From Nitrospirota bacterium (lineage in GTDB: Bacteria > Nitrospirota > Nitrospiria > Nitrospirales > NS-4), in contig CAWBGA010000017.1 in assembly GCA_963788195.1 (NCBI GenBank), forward strand, positions 320,001 through 384,000: a stretch of DNA of 64,000 bases, written 5' to 3'. A program made the translations under genes and the position numbers. The notes under the pieces are model-generated. The model was given only the letters and a program-made list of their open reading frames with translations. It had not been told where the DNA came from and did no database searches. Positions 1 through 11,465 of this stretch are shown in pieces. Position 1 is the first letter of the stretch, and every line of letters starts with the position of its first letter.

Positions 1-2218
1 ATTGGGCAGCCTTTCCAACAGCGGCGGCTTGAATCTCACGGCTTCCGATATTCGACGTCATGATGATCACGGTGTTCTTGAAGTCCACCGTGCGTCCCTG
101 GCCGTCCGTGAGGCGCCCGTCATCCAACACCTGCAGGAGAACGTTCAGGACATCCTGATGTGCCTTTTCAATTTCATCGAACAGCACGACCATATAGGGC
201 CGGCGGCGAACTGCCTCACTTAGCTGGCCGCCCTCTTCATATCCTACGTACCCGGGCGGGGCTCCGACGAGCCGCGCTACCGTATGCTTCTCCATGTACT
301 CAGACATATCGATGCGCACCATGGCCTGCTCATCGTCGAACAGGAACTCGGCAAGCGCACGGGCCAGCTCTGTCTTCCCGACGCCCGTCGGCCCCAAGAA
401 AATAAATGAGCCCATAGGGCGTTTGGGATCTTGGATCCCGGCCCGCGACCGGCGCACAGCATTCGCGACCGCCACAACCGCCTCATCCTGTCCTACGATT
501 CGTTGCCGGAGACGTTCCTCCATGTGCACGAGCTTGCTCGTCTCGGCTTCGATTAATCTGGTGACAGGGATGCCGGTCCATTTCGCTACAATACGGGCAA
601 TATCTTCGTCATCGACCTCTTCCTTCAATAGCCGCTCGCCCGGAAGCTTTTGGAGGCGCGCCCTTTCCTCCTCGAGTTGCTTGGACAGCTCCGTCATCCG
701 GCCATAGCGAAGTTCCGCAGCCCGCCCGAGATCGCCTTCCCGTTCCGCGCGGTCGGTCTCCTGCTTGGCAAGCTCCATTTTTTCCTTAATCTCGCGGATC
801 TTCTTAATGGCCTCCTTTTCCGCCTCCCACTGCTTGGTCAAAGCATCCACCTCGGTGCGAAGCTCGGCAATTTCGCGTTCCACTTTCTGCAGCCGGTCCT
901 GCGCACCCGTATCCTTGTCCCGCCGGATTCCTTCCCGCTCTATCTCCAATTGTCGGATGCGACGTAAACGCTCGTCCAAGGCACTCGGCATGCTGTCGAT
1001 CTCCATCCGAAGACCAGACGCCGCTTCATCCACAAGGTCGATGGCTTTGTCGGGCAGAAATCTGTCAGCGATGTAACGCTTCGAAAGAACCGCCGCCGCG
1101 ACCAGTGCGGAATCCTTGATTCTGACGCCATGATGAACTTCATAGCGTTCCCTCAAACCACGCAAAATCGACACGGTGTCCTCAACCGAGGGTTCGGGAA
1201 CCAGTACGGGTTGGAACCGTCGTTCGAGAGCCGCGTCTTTCTCAATGCGCTTGCGATACTCGTCCAGGGTCGTGGCGCCGACACACCTCAAGTCTCCACG
1301 CGCCAACGCCGGCTTCAGCATGTTCGACGCATCCATCGCACCCTCTGCGGCGCCGGCGCCCACGAGCGTATGAATCTCATCGATAAAAAGAATAATCTGG
1401 CCCTGCGCTTCTTCAACCTCCCGCAAAACGGCTTTCAGCCGGTCCTCGAACTCACCGCGGAACTTGCTGCCCGCCACCAAAGAGCCCATGTCCAATGCCA
1501 CGACGCGGCGGTTTTTTAATCCCTCCGGCACATCTCCATTGATGACACGTTGCGCGAGGCCCTCGGCGATGGCGGTCTTCCCGACCCCCGGTTCTCCGAT
1601 CAAGACAGGGTTATTCTTGGTCCGTCGCGAGAGCACCTGAATGACGCGACGAATCTCCTCATCGCGGCCTATGACAGGGTCGAGCTTGCCTTTGCGGGCA
1701 AGATCTGTAAGATCGCGACTGTATTTGGCGAGCGCCTGAAACTTCTCCTCCGGCTCCTGATCCGTCACCCGTTGACTTCCACGAATCGCGGTGAGGGCCG
1801 AGTAAATGCGATCCTTACTCACCCCGTGCCGCTTCAGAACCCCCGCGGCCGGCCCCCCTATATCCATGAGTGCAAGGAGCAGGTGCTCGGTGCTGATATA
1901 TTCGTCCTTCAGGCGCTCCGCCTCGGCTTCAGCCGCGTTGAAGACCTCATTCAGTCGGGATGAGATACTGACTTGCCCGGCTCCGGGGCCGGAAACCTGC
2001 GGAATGCGCTTGATTTCTTGCTCCAGCTCGCGCCCAATCGTCGCGGCATCGCTACCGAGCTTACTGAGCAACCCTGGCGTAAGGCCATCTCGTTGCCTCA
2101 CGAGCGCCAGCGCCAGATGTTCCACGTCGATCTGTTGATTGCGGGCGCTCTCTGCTACTTTTTGAGCATCGGCCAGAGCTTCCTGGGATTTCACGGTTAA
2201 TCGATCAAAGCGAATCAT
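1..2218 (-). CDS. clpB: ATP-dependent chaperone ClpB (3' end beyond window)
   Basis: Manual translation from ATG 2218: [15 protein letters not shown]..., later [33 protein letters not shown] in the same frame; GGAGG RBS upstream. Confidence 0.95.
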   Translation of the reverse strand, partial: MIRFDRLTVKSQEALADAQKVAESARNQQIDVEHLALALVRQRDGLTPGLLSKLGSDAATIGRELEQEIKRIPQVSGPGAGQVSISSRLNEVFNAAEAEAERLKDEYISTEHLLLALMDIGGPAAGVLKRHGVSKDRIYSALTAIRGSQRVTDQEPEEKFQALAKYSRDLTDLARKGKLDPVIGRDEEIRRVIQVLSRRTKNNPVLIGEPGVGKTAIAEGLAQRVINGDVPEGLKNRRVVALDMGSLVAGSKFRGEFEDRLKAVLREVEEAQGQIILFIDEIHTLVGAGAAEGAMDASNMLKPALARGDLRCVGATTLDEYRKRIEKDAALERRFQPVLVPEPSVEDTVSILRGLRERYEVHHGVRIKDSALVAAAVLSKRYIADRFLPDKAIDLVDEAASGLRMEIDSMPSALDERLRRIRQLEIEREGIRRDKDTGAQDRLQKVEREIAELRTEVDALTKQWEAEKEAIKKIREIKEKMELAKQETDRAEREGDLGRAAELRYGRMTELSKQLEEERARLQKLPGERLLKEEVDDEDIARIVAKWTGIPVTRLIEAETSKLVHMEERLRQRIVGQDEAVVAVANAVRRSRAGIQDPKRPMGSFIFLGPTGVGKTELARALAEFLFDDEQAMVRIDMSEYMEKHTVARLVGAPPGYVGYEEGGQLSEAVRRRPYMVVLFDEIEKAHQDVLNVLLQVLDDGRLTDGQGRTVDFKNTVIIMTSNIGSREIQAAAVGKAAQ

Positions 2219-2314
2219 AACGACTTCCTCCAGGGTGTGCCCACCTGATCTTAACCATAAGATCCATCGGCCTGAGTTCAAGCTAATACAGGGATATATA
2301 AATAGATATTCTTC

Positions 2315-2343
2315 TTGACGAGAACATTTGATCACGCTAGAAT
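2315..2343 (+). promoter_or_regulatory. sigma70-type promoter of the rrf2-sulfur assimilation operon
   Basis: TTGACG (2315-2320), 17 nt spacer, TAGAAT (2338-2343). Confidence 0.7.
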
Positions 2344-2345
2344 GA

Positions 2346-2371
2346 CCTAGCTTTCCTATAGGATCAGTAGG
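2346..2371. promoter_or_regulatory. putative Rrf2 operator: two overlapping CCTA-N9-TAGG palindromes
   Basis: CCTA 2346/TAGG 2359 and CCTA 2355/TAGG 2368, between the -10 box and the Rrf2 start. Confidence 0.55.
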
Positions 2372-2377
2372 GTATCG

Positions 2378-2839
2378 ATGTATCTATCTGCGAAGGGCGA
2401 ATACGGTATACTCGCGGCGCTCGACTTGGCTTTAGCGCGCGAGGCAGCGCCGGTCCAGGCGAAGGCCATCGCGGATCGGCAAGGAATACCAATTAAATTC
2501 TTGGAGCATATTCTTCGCTCGCTCAGAAATGCCGGCTTGGTTGAAAGTTCTCGGGGGACTCACGGAGGATACCGCTTGGCCAAGCCTGCGGAGGACATCC
2601 CGCTGGGGGACCTGATACAGGCGGTGGAGGGACCCATCGCCACTACGCCTCGAGTGCACGGAAACAGAAACGGTTCTAAAAGCAACCCGGCCGAGAATGG
2701 TCATGAGTCACTCATACATAGTGTGTGGGCGGAGGTGCAGACCTCGCTTCTTGAAACGCTGAACAAGACGACGCTCGCCGACCTGTGCCGGCGGACCCGA
2801 GACCTCGACGAGCGGCGGGTTCTGATGTATCACATCTAA
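2378..2839 (+). CDS. Rrf2 family transcriptional regulator (CymR-like, no Fe-S cysteine triad)
   Basis: wHTH with [16 protein letters not shown]; lacks the IscR cysteines; ends LMYHI. Confidence 0.9.
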   Translation: MYLSAKGEYGILAALDLALAREAAPVQAKAIADRQGIPIKFLEHILRSLRNAGLVESSRGTHGGYRLAKPAEDIPLGDLIQAVEGPIATTPRVHGNRNGSKSNPAENGHESLIHSVWAEVQTSLLETLNKTTLADLCRRTRDLDERRVLMYHI

Positions 2840-2861
2840 CGCAACTGCTGAGGGGCGCGCC

Positions 2862-5298
2862 ATGCCGAGTCAAGCCATTTCCCAAACTGATACGGTCGCG
2901 ATTGCGGCCGACATTCTGAAAGAGATCGAATCATTTGAGGAGGAAGCGGCCAAGGTTCTCTCGGCTGAAGTCTCCTCCGATACCTTTCGGCCCTTTCGCC
3001 TGCAACATGGAATTTACGGTCAGCGCCAGCCAGGCGTGCAAATGGTGCGCATCAAGATTCCCTTCGGCGGCTTGAACTCCATGCAGATGCGAGCGATCGC
3101 GGATGTGGCGGAACGGTATGCCACCGGCGTGGGTCATGTGACCACCCGCCAGGACATTCAACTCCATTACGTGGCGCTCGAAAATGTCGGCACCATCATG
3201 CGAGGCCTTGCCGCAGTGGGGCTGACGACACGGGAGGCCTGCGGCAATACCGTGCGCAACGTAACGGCCTGCCACCTCGCCGGCGTGTGCCAGGATGAAA
3301 TCTTCGATGTCACCGCGTATGCCAAGGCGGTTTCCCAACACCTGCTTCGCAATCCCCTCAACCAAAGTCTGCCGCGGAAGTTCAAAATCGCGTTCTCAGG
3401 ATGCGGTCGTGATTGCGCGATGACTCCGATCCACGACCTGGGGTTCCTCGCTGTCAAACGGCCCACGGGAGAGATCGGCTTCCGGGTGACCGCCGGCGGC
3501 GGGCTGGGCTCCACTCCCCGGCTCGCGCAACTCCTGCACGAATTTGTGCCGATGGAAGATGTATTCCCGCTGTGCGACTCGGTGATCAAGGTCTTCGACA
3601 ATCTCGGGAATCGGAAGAACCGCAACAAGGCGCGGATGAAATTCGTCATCGATAAGCTGGGCTTTGCGGAGTTCAAGCGCCGGGTGGAGACTGAATATAC
3701 CGTGATCCGCAAGAACTATAACGGCGCAATGAGCCTGCCGGTCATCGCGGATCCCAACCCTCAGTTGATCCAACCGACCAAGACCCGCCGGACCTCCTGC
3801 TGAGGACGCTCACGCGACGCCGTTTCATATGTGGCGACGCACGAACGTCGTCCCTCAACGGCAGGCTGGCTTTTCCGCCGCTTTTATTCGTCTCCCGATG
3901 GGTGACATCCCGTCCCCGCAGATGCGGGAGGTCGCTGACATTATCGATGAGTTCGCCAACGGCAATATTCGAACGACCATTCAGCAAAATCTGTGCATCC
4001 GCTGGGTCGCGAACGACCGGATCGAGGACTTGTATCGCCGCCTGGTCGCAGCCAACCTCGGCGATCCGGGCGCCGAATTGGTCGAGGACATAATTGCCTG
4101 CCCCGGCACGGATACCTGCGGTTTGGGGATCACCTCGTCCAAAGGATTGGCCCGCGCGCTGGCGGAGATCTTTCCTCCCGGGCAAGTACCTGACGACCTA
4201 CGCGACGTCACGGTCAAGATCAGCGGCTGTCACAACTCGTGCGCGCAGCATCACATCTCCACCATCGGCTTGCACGGCGTCGGCAAGCGGTTGGGCGATC
4301 ACGTCGCACCGCACTATGAACTGCACCTCGGCGGCCGGATTGACGGTACGCCGAAGATCGGCCAGATGACGATCAAGCTTCCGGCAAAGAATGTGCCGAG
4401 CGCCATCTCGCACCTTTTGGACGTGTGGCGCCGCGACCGCCGCCAAGGCGAAAGCCTGCTGGATTTCATTGACCGGACAGGTAAGGCGAAGCTGAAAGAA
4501 GAATTAATTCCTTATAGCATTCTGCCTTCGTTCGACGCGGACCCTGCCTACTACTTTGATTGGGAAGGCGAGGAGGAGTTCATCCTGGAAGACCTGGGTC
4601 CCGGTGAATGCGCCGGCGGGGCTTTGGAAATGATCGAAAACCGGATCCTCGAAGCCGAGCAGGAGATGTACCAGGCGCGGCTCCTCGCAGGAAAAGAGCA
4701 ATACGCCACGGCGCTCAATAAAGCCTACCGCGCGGTGCTGGCTGCGGCAAAAGCGGTGCTGGTGCTGGAGGGGGTGGATCCGAACACCGACACCGAGACC
4801 CTCTCTGAGTTTGAGCGACGCTTCGGGGAGAAAGGCCGGATTGCCACGGTATACGCGAAACCGACATCCGGAATCGGAGACCTCGGCCCTAAGGATACGA
4901 CGGCAGCGTTCGCGCGGGAGAAGATGTCCTACGCCAAAGGTTTTATTGAGGCGTGCAAAGAACTCACAGAAGTAATGGGGAAGACACTCATGACGAAAGA
5001 CAGCCAAGAAACTGCGAAGAGCGTGGGACCGGCGCCTCTGCCGACGCCGGCGCCTGACGCTGCCCAAGCCAAGCCGGGAACGACGTTGGACCTGCGCGGC
5101 GTGATGTGCCCGATCAACTACGTGAAGACCAAGCTCAAGCTCGAAATGATGGACGATGGCGACATCCTCGAGGTCTGGCTGGATGCGGGCGAACCCATCC
5201 GGAATGTTCCCCAGTCGCTTCGCAATGACGGCCAGAAGGTGTTGGCTGAGGTCGCCGCTGAAAACTTCTTCAAAGTCACGGTCGAGAAGGTCGGATAA
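2862..5298 (+). CDS. siroheme nitrite/sulfite reductase with C-terminal HEPN-like and TusA/SirA domains; frameshift near 3790
   Basis: HVTTRQDIQL, RNVTAC, LPRKFKIAFSGC, CPGTDTC...SGCHNSC; C-terminal LDLRGVMCPINYVKTK; ORFs 2862-3803 and 3829-5298 form one protein. Confidence 0.88.
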
Positions 5299-6002
5299 TG
5301 CCGCCTGCTCCGTCCATTGATCTCGCTCAGCTTCAGGAGCTGAACCAGACCCTGGAGAGCCAAACGCCCGAGGACATCTTACGTTCTGCGCTCACGGCTT
5401 ACTTTCCGAACATCGTGCTGGCGAGCAGCTTTGGCGCGGAGGATGTGGTGCTGATCGACATGATCCAGCGCATCAACCCACGGACTCCGATTTTGTACCT
5501 CGATACGGATTTTCTTTTTCAGGAGACCTATGCCACACGGGACGCTCTCATCAAGAAGTACGGGATCGCCCCGATTCAGATAAAGTCCCTTCTCACACCG
5601 GAGCAACAGGCGGCGAAGTTCGGCGACAAGCTGTGGGAACGGCAGCCGGACGAATGTTGTCGTCAGCGAAAGGTCGAGCCGTTGGCACGCGCTCTGAAAC
5701 CCTACCAAGCCTGGATCACAGGCATCCGTCGTGAACAGTCGGCCGCGCGGGCGAAGGCAAAAATCGTCGAATGGGACGCGACGTTCGCCCTGGTCAAATT
5801 CAATCCGCTGGCGCGTTGGACGAACGATCAGGTCTGGACCTACATCAAACGGCACGAGGTTCCGTACAATCCCCTGCACGATCAAGGCTATCCCAGCCTC
5901 GGGTGCACCTACTGCACGCGGGCCGTCCTACCCGGCGAAGATCCCAGAGGCGGCCGGTGGTCCGGCTTCGCGAAAACGGAGTGCGGGCTGCATCCGAAAT
6001 GA
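5298..6002 (+). CDS. cysH: APS/PAPS reductase, [4Fe-4S] APS-reductase type
   Basis: [26 protein letters not shown]-terminal ECGLH. Confidence 0.93.
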   Translation: MPPAPSIDLAQLQELNQTLESQTPEDILRSALTAYFPNIVLASSFGAEDVVLIDMIQRINPRTPILYLDTDFLFQETYATRDALIKKYGIAPIQIKSLLTPEQQAAKFGDKLWERQPDECCRQRKVEPLARALKPYQAWITGIRREQSAARAKAKIVEWDATFALVKFNPLARWTNDQVWTYIKRHEVPYNPLHDQGYPSLGCTYCTRAVLPGEDPRGGRWSGFAKTECGLHPK

Positions 6003-6799
6003 ATTCCCACCTGCGCAGTCTCGAAGATCAAAGTGTCTATATCTTTCGCGAGGCCTATAAGCACTTCGACAACCTCGCGATGCTATGGTCCATGGGCAAG
6101 GACTCGACCGTGCTGCTGTGGCTCGCACGAAAGGCCTTCTTCGGCCATGTGCCATTCCCGCTGATCCATATCGATACCAACTACAAAATTCCAGCCATGA
6201 TCGAATACCGCGATCGCTTCGTGCGCGAGTGGCGCCTGAACCTCGTCATCGGCCAAAACAAGGAAGCGTTGGCGAGTGGTATGAATCACACGCTGGGTCG
6301 CGTCACCTGTTGCACCGCCCTCAAGACGGACGGCCTTAAGAATCTGCTCGCTGAAAAGGGCTACACCGGCGTGATTCTCGGGGTGCGTGCGGATGAAGAA
6401 GGAACTCGCGCCAAGGAACGCTACTTCTCCCCGCGCGACAAGCACGGCGATTGGGACTTCCGCGAGCAGCCGCCCGAACTGTGGGACCAGTTCAAGACCA
6501 CCTTTCCCGAAGGCACGCACATTCGCATCCATCCCCTGCTGGATTGGACGGAAATCAATATTTGGGAATATATCAAGGCAGAGAACATCCCGATTATTGA
6601 TCTGTACTTCGACAAGGGAGAGGGCACACGCTACCGCAGTCTCGGCTGCGCTCCCTGCACCGCCCCGATCAAATCACACGCCAAGACAGTGGACGAGATT
6701 ATTGAGGAGCTCCGTCACACCACGGTCGCGGAGCGCGCCGGGCGGGCGCAGGATGAGGGGCGCGGCATGGAGCTGCTCCGCAAAGACGGCTACATGTAG
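5999..6799 (+). CDS. cysD: sulfate adenylyltransferase subunit 2
   Basis: [41 protein letters not shown], end DGYM; ATGA overlap with cysH. Confidence 0.93.
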   Translation: MNSHLRSLEDQSVYIFREAYKHFDNLAMLWSMGKDSTVLLWLARKAFFGHVPFPLIHIDTNYKIPAMIEYRDRFVREWRLNLVIGQNKEALASGMNHTLGRVTCCTALKTDGLKNLLAEKGYTGVILGVRADEEGTRAKERYFSPRDKHGDWDFREQPPELWDQFKTTFPEGTHIRIHPLLDWTEINIWEYIKAENIPIIDLYFDKGEGTRYRSLGCAPCTAPIKSHAKTVDEIIEELRHTTVAERAGRAQDEGRGMELLRKDGYM

Positions 6800-6806
6800 T
6801 CGACAG

Positions 6807-8633
6807 ATGCCCACCGCGATTGACAGGCCTACCGACCATCTGAACATTGTCATTGTCGGGCATGTGGACCACGGCAAGTCCACCCTGTTGGGACGTCTCT
6901 TCGCCGATACCGGAACGTTGCCCGAGGGGAAGCTTGAGAAAGTCAGGGAGATTTGCCGGCGCCAGGGAAAGGACTTCGAGTATGCCTTCCTGTTCGACGC
7001 CTTCCTTGAAGAGCAGGAGCAGGGCATCACGATCGACTCCGCCCGCACCTTCTTCACCTGGAAGGACCGCCAGTACATTATCATCGACGCTCCGGGACAT
7101 AAGGAGTTCCTGAAGAACATGGTCTCCGGAGCGGCGCGCGCCGAAGCGGCGCTGCTCCTGATCGATGCGCAGGAAGGGGTCAAGGAGCAGTCCAAACGCC
7201 ACGGGCAATTGCTCTCTCTCCTAGGCGTCCGGCAGGTCGCGGTGGTCGTCAACAAGATGGACCTGGCCGGATATCGACAGGATGTCTTCGCACGCGATTG
7301 AAAGCGAGTACCGGGCCTTTCTCAAACAGCTCAAGGTGGAGCCGGAACGCTTCATTCCCGCCAGCGCAAAGCTCGGCGACAACATCGCCGACCGCAGCCG
7401 GCAGATGCCGTGGTATCGCGGTCCCACAGTTCTTGAGACGCTTGGTCTCTTTCGAAAGGCATTGGACGACGAGCGCCAGCCGCTCCGATTTCCCGTACAG
7501 GACGTCTACAAATTCGATGCGCGGCGCATTATTGCGGGGCGCGTCGCCTCCGGAAAGATCCGCGTCGGCGACCGCCTTATCTTCTCGCCATCCAATAAGT
7601 CCGCCATCGTGAAATCCATCGAGGCCTTCAACGTGGAACCGGTGCCGACGGAAGCTGCGAGGCGGCCAATCTACCGGTCTCACGCTGGATGAGCAGATTT
7701 TTATCGAGCGGGGGGAAATCGCATCTCATCCCGAGTCGGTGCCGCTCGAGTCCACCGCCTTGCGGTGTAACCTGTTTTGGCTCGGCAAGCGACCCTTGGA
7801 GATCGGCAAAAAATATCTGCTGCGCCTCGCCACACGGGAGGTCGAGTGCGAAATCGCCGTGATTCACCGGATTATTGACGCGGCCGATCTGGAAGCCCGC
7901 ACCCAGCAAACCACTGTGAATAAAAATGAGGTGGCCGAACTCACCATACGGACCAAGTATCCGATCGCCTTTGACGCCTACGCCGACTCGGCGGTGACCG
8001 GCCGATTCGTGATGGTTGACCAGTACGATCTCTCCGGCGGCGGCATCATCACCGAGGCCGTCCGAGATGAGCAGACCGTCCTTCGTGAGGAGGCGCGACG
8101 ACGCGACATCTCATGGATCAAAGGGGACGTCGGGCTCGACGAACGGGCGGCGCAATATGGACACCGGGCGGCACTCGTGTTGATTACCGGTGAAGCCCAG
8201 AGCGGCACGTCCTTTGTCGCGCGACGCGCGGAAGTCAGGCTCGTGGCGGATAGCCGGCACGCGTACCTTCTGGCGGCTGAGAATCTGCGCCGGGGCCTTG
8301 ACAACGATATTGGAGAGGAGGATGCCGGTGAAATGGTTCGCCGCTTCGGTGAGGTGGCTCGCCTGCTGCTCGACACCGGTTTGATTGTGGTGTCAACGAA
8401 TCCATTCGGCCGGAACGCGGTTGACGACCATCCGCACGCTGGTGCATCCCACGCCGGTCATTGCCGTGCACATGTCACATACTGAAGAGGACCCTCCGGT
8501 CCAAACGGATCTGGTCTTTTCGGGGCCAAAGGATTTTGATGCGATCGCAGACCGTATCCTTGAGGAATTAAAGCGCCGCGGCGTGCTGGCGGAAGTCATC
8601 GGGGCGCGACAGCAGTTCCACTACTCGATTTAA
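6807..8633 (+). CDS. cysN: sulfate adenylyltransferase subunit 1 with degenerate APS-kinase-like C-terminal domain; frameshifts near 7290, 7665, 8415
   Basis: [35 protein letters not shown]; pieces in ORFs 6387, 7282, 7739 and 8385. Confidence 0.88.
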
Positions 8634-8674
8634 GGTTCGACGCGCACAAGCAGACGACTGCCCGGGGCTTGAAG

Positions 8675-9737
8675 ATGTCCAACACGATGCAAGATATCAT
8701 CGCCAAGGTCGGCAAAGGCGAGCGGGCCTCGAAAGACCTCACCTATCAGGAAGCGACTGCGGCAATGCGTTTGCTGCTGGAGAAGCAAGCCACTCCGGTT
8801 CAGGTGGGCGCGTTTCTGCTTGCCATGCGCATCAAATCTGAATCGGTCGCGGAACTAGCCGCGCTCGCCACGTCAGCGCGGGGATATGTCAAACCTGTGG
8901 CCATCCCCGATTCCCTCGGCGTGGTGGACATTCCGACATACGCGGGCAAACAGGACGGATGGCATGCGCTGTTGCCGGCCGCCATTATCGCCGCCGCTGC
9001 CGGGGCGCATCTGCTTCTGCACGGGTACGAGGGCGTCGCCGGGCGGCGCTCGACGGCTGCGCTGGCTTCTGCACTGAATATTCCCGTCGATTTGACACCA
9101 GATGATGTCGCCAATGAAGTCATGGAGAAGGGATTCGGTTACCTGGATATCGCGCTGTACCACCCTCCGGTCCACTGGTTCTTGGAAATGAGAAAGGAGC
9201 TCGGGGTCCGGACGTTCTTTCAGCCGGTCGCGCGCCTCCTGAATCCCGCACGCGCCCGTGTCTCGATCATTGGCATCTCCCACCCCCCCTACTTCGAAAA
9301 AATGCCCGAGGCCCTGCGCATGATGGGAATTCCCCGGGCGTTGGTGCTGCGAGGCACAGACGGGGAGCCGGAGCTTTCCCTCAGCTCTGTCACAAAGGCC
9401 ATTGAGATCCGGGATGACCACATTACGCCGCTGACGATCCACCCCAAGGATATGGGGATGACCATGGGGCGACTGGATTCCCCCGCTCCGAAAGATCTCG
9501 TCGAGGAGGCAGCCTTACTGAGGAAACTCCTGGCAAATCAGTTAAATGGCCCCGTGAAAGACTGGGTCATCATGAATGCCGCGGCAATTCTCTATACTCG
9601 CAGGCAAGGCCGCCTCACTGCGTGCCGCCGTCCCCTTGGCGTTAGAAGCCCTCGCCTCCGGCGCCGCCAAAGAGAAGTTAGCTGCGCTTTCGGGCAGACG
9701 CGCTTGGAAATTGACACACTTTCAAGCCGCATGTTAG
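8675..9737 (+). CDS. anthranilate phosphoribosyltransferase-like protein (YbiB/TrpD2, glycosyltransferase family 3); frameshift near 9600
   Basis: QVGAFLLAMRIKSESVAEL, RKELGVRT, ARLLNP, MNAAAILY; YAGK in place of the TrpD GTGGD motif. Confidence 0.75.
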
Positions 9738-9774
9738 CTTTGTCGATTCTCACAGGCCACGTGGAATCTGATTC

Positions 9775-10689
9775 ATGTCACAGGATCTAAGAGGCATTCT
9801 CGGTCGATTGAAATATACCGACGACGCGCACGTGGTCCAGCAGATCACCGAGCACATGAAGGCCGTAAAAAGCCGGATGGCACAGGTTCGGCGCAAGCTT
9901 GTCGTGATGAGCGGCAAAGGCGGCGTGGGGAAGAGCATGACCACCGTGAATCTTGCGCTGGCCTTCGCCCGCCAGGGAGATCGGGTTGGCGTACTGGATG
10001 TGGACCTGAACGGGCCGTGCGTGCCTAAAATGCTCGGCATGCGCGGCCGGCGTTTCGAGATCACGCCGGAGGGCGCAATGCCGCCCATAGGTCCCCTCGG
10101 AATCAAGGTCGGCTCCATGGACTTTTTTCTGGAGGAGTCGGCTCCGGTTCAGTGGAAGGGCCCCATGGATCTTAGTCCCGTCTGGCTCGGCCTCACGGAG
10201 ATGAACGTCATTCGGGAGTTCATTGCGGACATTGTCTGGGGCGAGCTGGACTATCTGCTGACCGATCTTCCGCCGGGCGCAGCAGCCGACAAACCCCCGG
10301 TGATTGCCGGCTTCATTCCCGAGCTTGACGGCGCCATCATGGTCACCACTCCTTCAGAGATGGCCTCGGACGTCGTGCAAAAGTCCATCGCCTACGCCCG
10401 TGATCTCGGCATCAAGGTCCTGGGGATGGTGGAGAACATGAGCCGGTACCGGTGTCCGCACTGCGGAATCGAAAGTGAGCTGTTCGAGGGCGATACCGAG
10501 ACGATGTGCCAGGCTCTGGACCTGCCGCTGCTTGGACGCATCCCTTTCGACCCTGCTCTTACACGGTCATTCGACAAGGGGCTGCCGCTGCTTGACGTCG
10601 ACAGTTCCACCGTCAAACGCTATGATGAGATTGTGACGCGCGTCAAAGCATTGCTCGACTACAAGAAGATCATGGCCCGCCAACTCTAA
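9775..10689 (+). CDS. Mrp/ApbC/NBP35 family Fe-S carrier ATPase
   Basis: MSGKGGVGKS, DVDLNGP, DLPPG, VENMS..CPHCG. Confidence 0.9.
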   Translation: MSQDLRGILGRLKYTDDAHVVQQITEHMKAVKSRMAQVRRKLVVMSGKGGVGKSMTTVNLALAFARQGDRVGVLDVDLNGPCVPKMLGMRGRRFEITPEGAMPPIGPLGIKVGSMDFFLEESAPVQWKGPMDLSPVWLGLTEMNVIREFIADIVWGELDYLLTDLPPGAAADKPPVIAGFIPELDGAIMVTTPSEMASDVVQKSIAYARDLGIKVLGMVENMSRYRCPHCGIESELFEGDTETMCQALDLPLLGRIPFDPALTRSFDKGLPLLDVDSSTVKRYDEIVTRVKALLDYKKIMARQL

Positions 10690-10711
10690 CGGACACTGAA
10701 GGAGTCCCGCG

Positions 10712-11433
10712 ATGAAGTTCGTCTGCATGAAGTGTGAAACCTACATGAACTTCGAAAAAGTCGAGAAGCCCGGTGAGGGCTCACTGGGCGTGTTCTTCGG
10801 CTGCCCGTCCTGCGGCGCTCGGTTTACGATGGTCACCAATCCCGGGGAGACCCAGATGGTCAGCTCGCTCGGTGTGCAGCTCGGGGGCAGGGCCGCTCCC
10901 GCTGAAGCCTTTGAAATGACCCGCGGCGGCTTCGCGCGGAAGGTGGCGGTCAGGCCGACATGGCGAACTACCTCACGGAGCACTACAGCGAAACGCCGGC
11001 GCCCACCGGCGGGGTGGAGCCTGAAAAGAAATCCGGCGGGTGTCCGTTCTCTGCCGTCGTGGCGCAGATGGGACTCGGGTCAAGCACTGAGACCCACGGT
11101 GAGAAGAGTGAGTTTGAATGGACACCGGACGCACTGGATCGTCTGGAGAAGACGCCATCCTTTGTCCGTCCCATGATCAAAGGCGGCATCGAGGCCTATG
11201 CCCGCAAGCAGGGCTACAAGAAGATTAACCTTCAGGTGATGGACGATTCCAAAAATGTACCGGCAGGCATCCCGTGGTCCCCTGCCGCCGAGAAGCGTCT
11301 GGAGAATATTCCCGATTTTATCCGCCCGATGGCGCGCAAAGAGATCGAACGCCTTGCCCAGGAGCGTGGGGTTGCGCAGATCACCGAAGCGATCATGGAG
11401 GAAGCAAAGACAAAGTTCGTCAACTTCATGTGA
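10712..11433 (+). CDS. zinc-ribbon protein with two PCP_red-like (BchB C-terminal) repeats; frameshift near 10930
   Basis: CMKC...CPSC N-terminus, GCPF, repeats WTPDALDRLEKTPSFVRPM and WSPAAEKRLENIPDFIRPM. Confidence 0.75.
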
Positions 11434-11465
11434 TCGCGACAGCCTTACTAAAGGGCTCTTGCAAA

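Noticed and set aside
3780..3830. Selenocysteine readthrough or genuine split of the sulfite reductase at TGA 3801-3803
   Set aside because: The downstream ORF is in a different frame and lacks an RBS; an indel explains it.
4640..4970. HEPN RNase toxin or defence gene
   Set aside because: No RxxxxH motif, no neighbouring nucleotidyltransferase, and it is embedded in a metabolic enzyme.
8675..9737. True trpD
   Set aside because: Lacks the GTGGD PRPP-binding motif and trp operon context.
10960..11433. Photosynthesis gene (protochlorophyllide reductase)
   Set aside because: Only the small C-terminal-like repeat is present, with no bch or chl genes.
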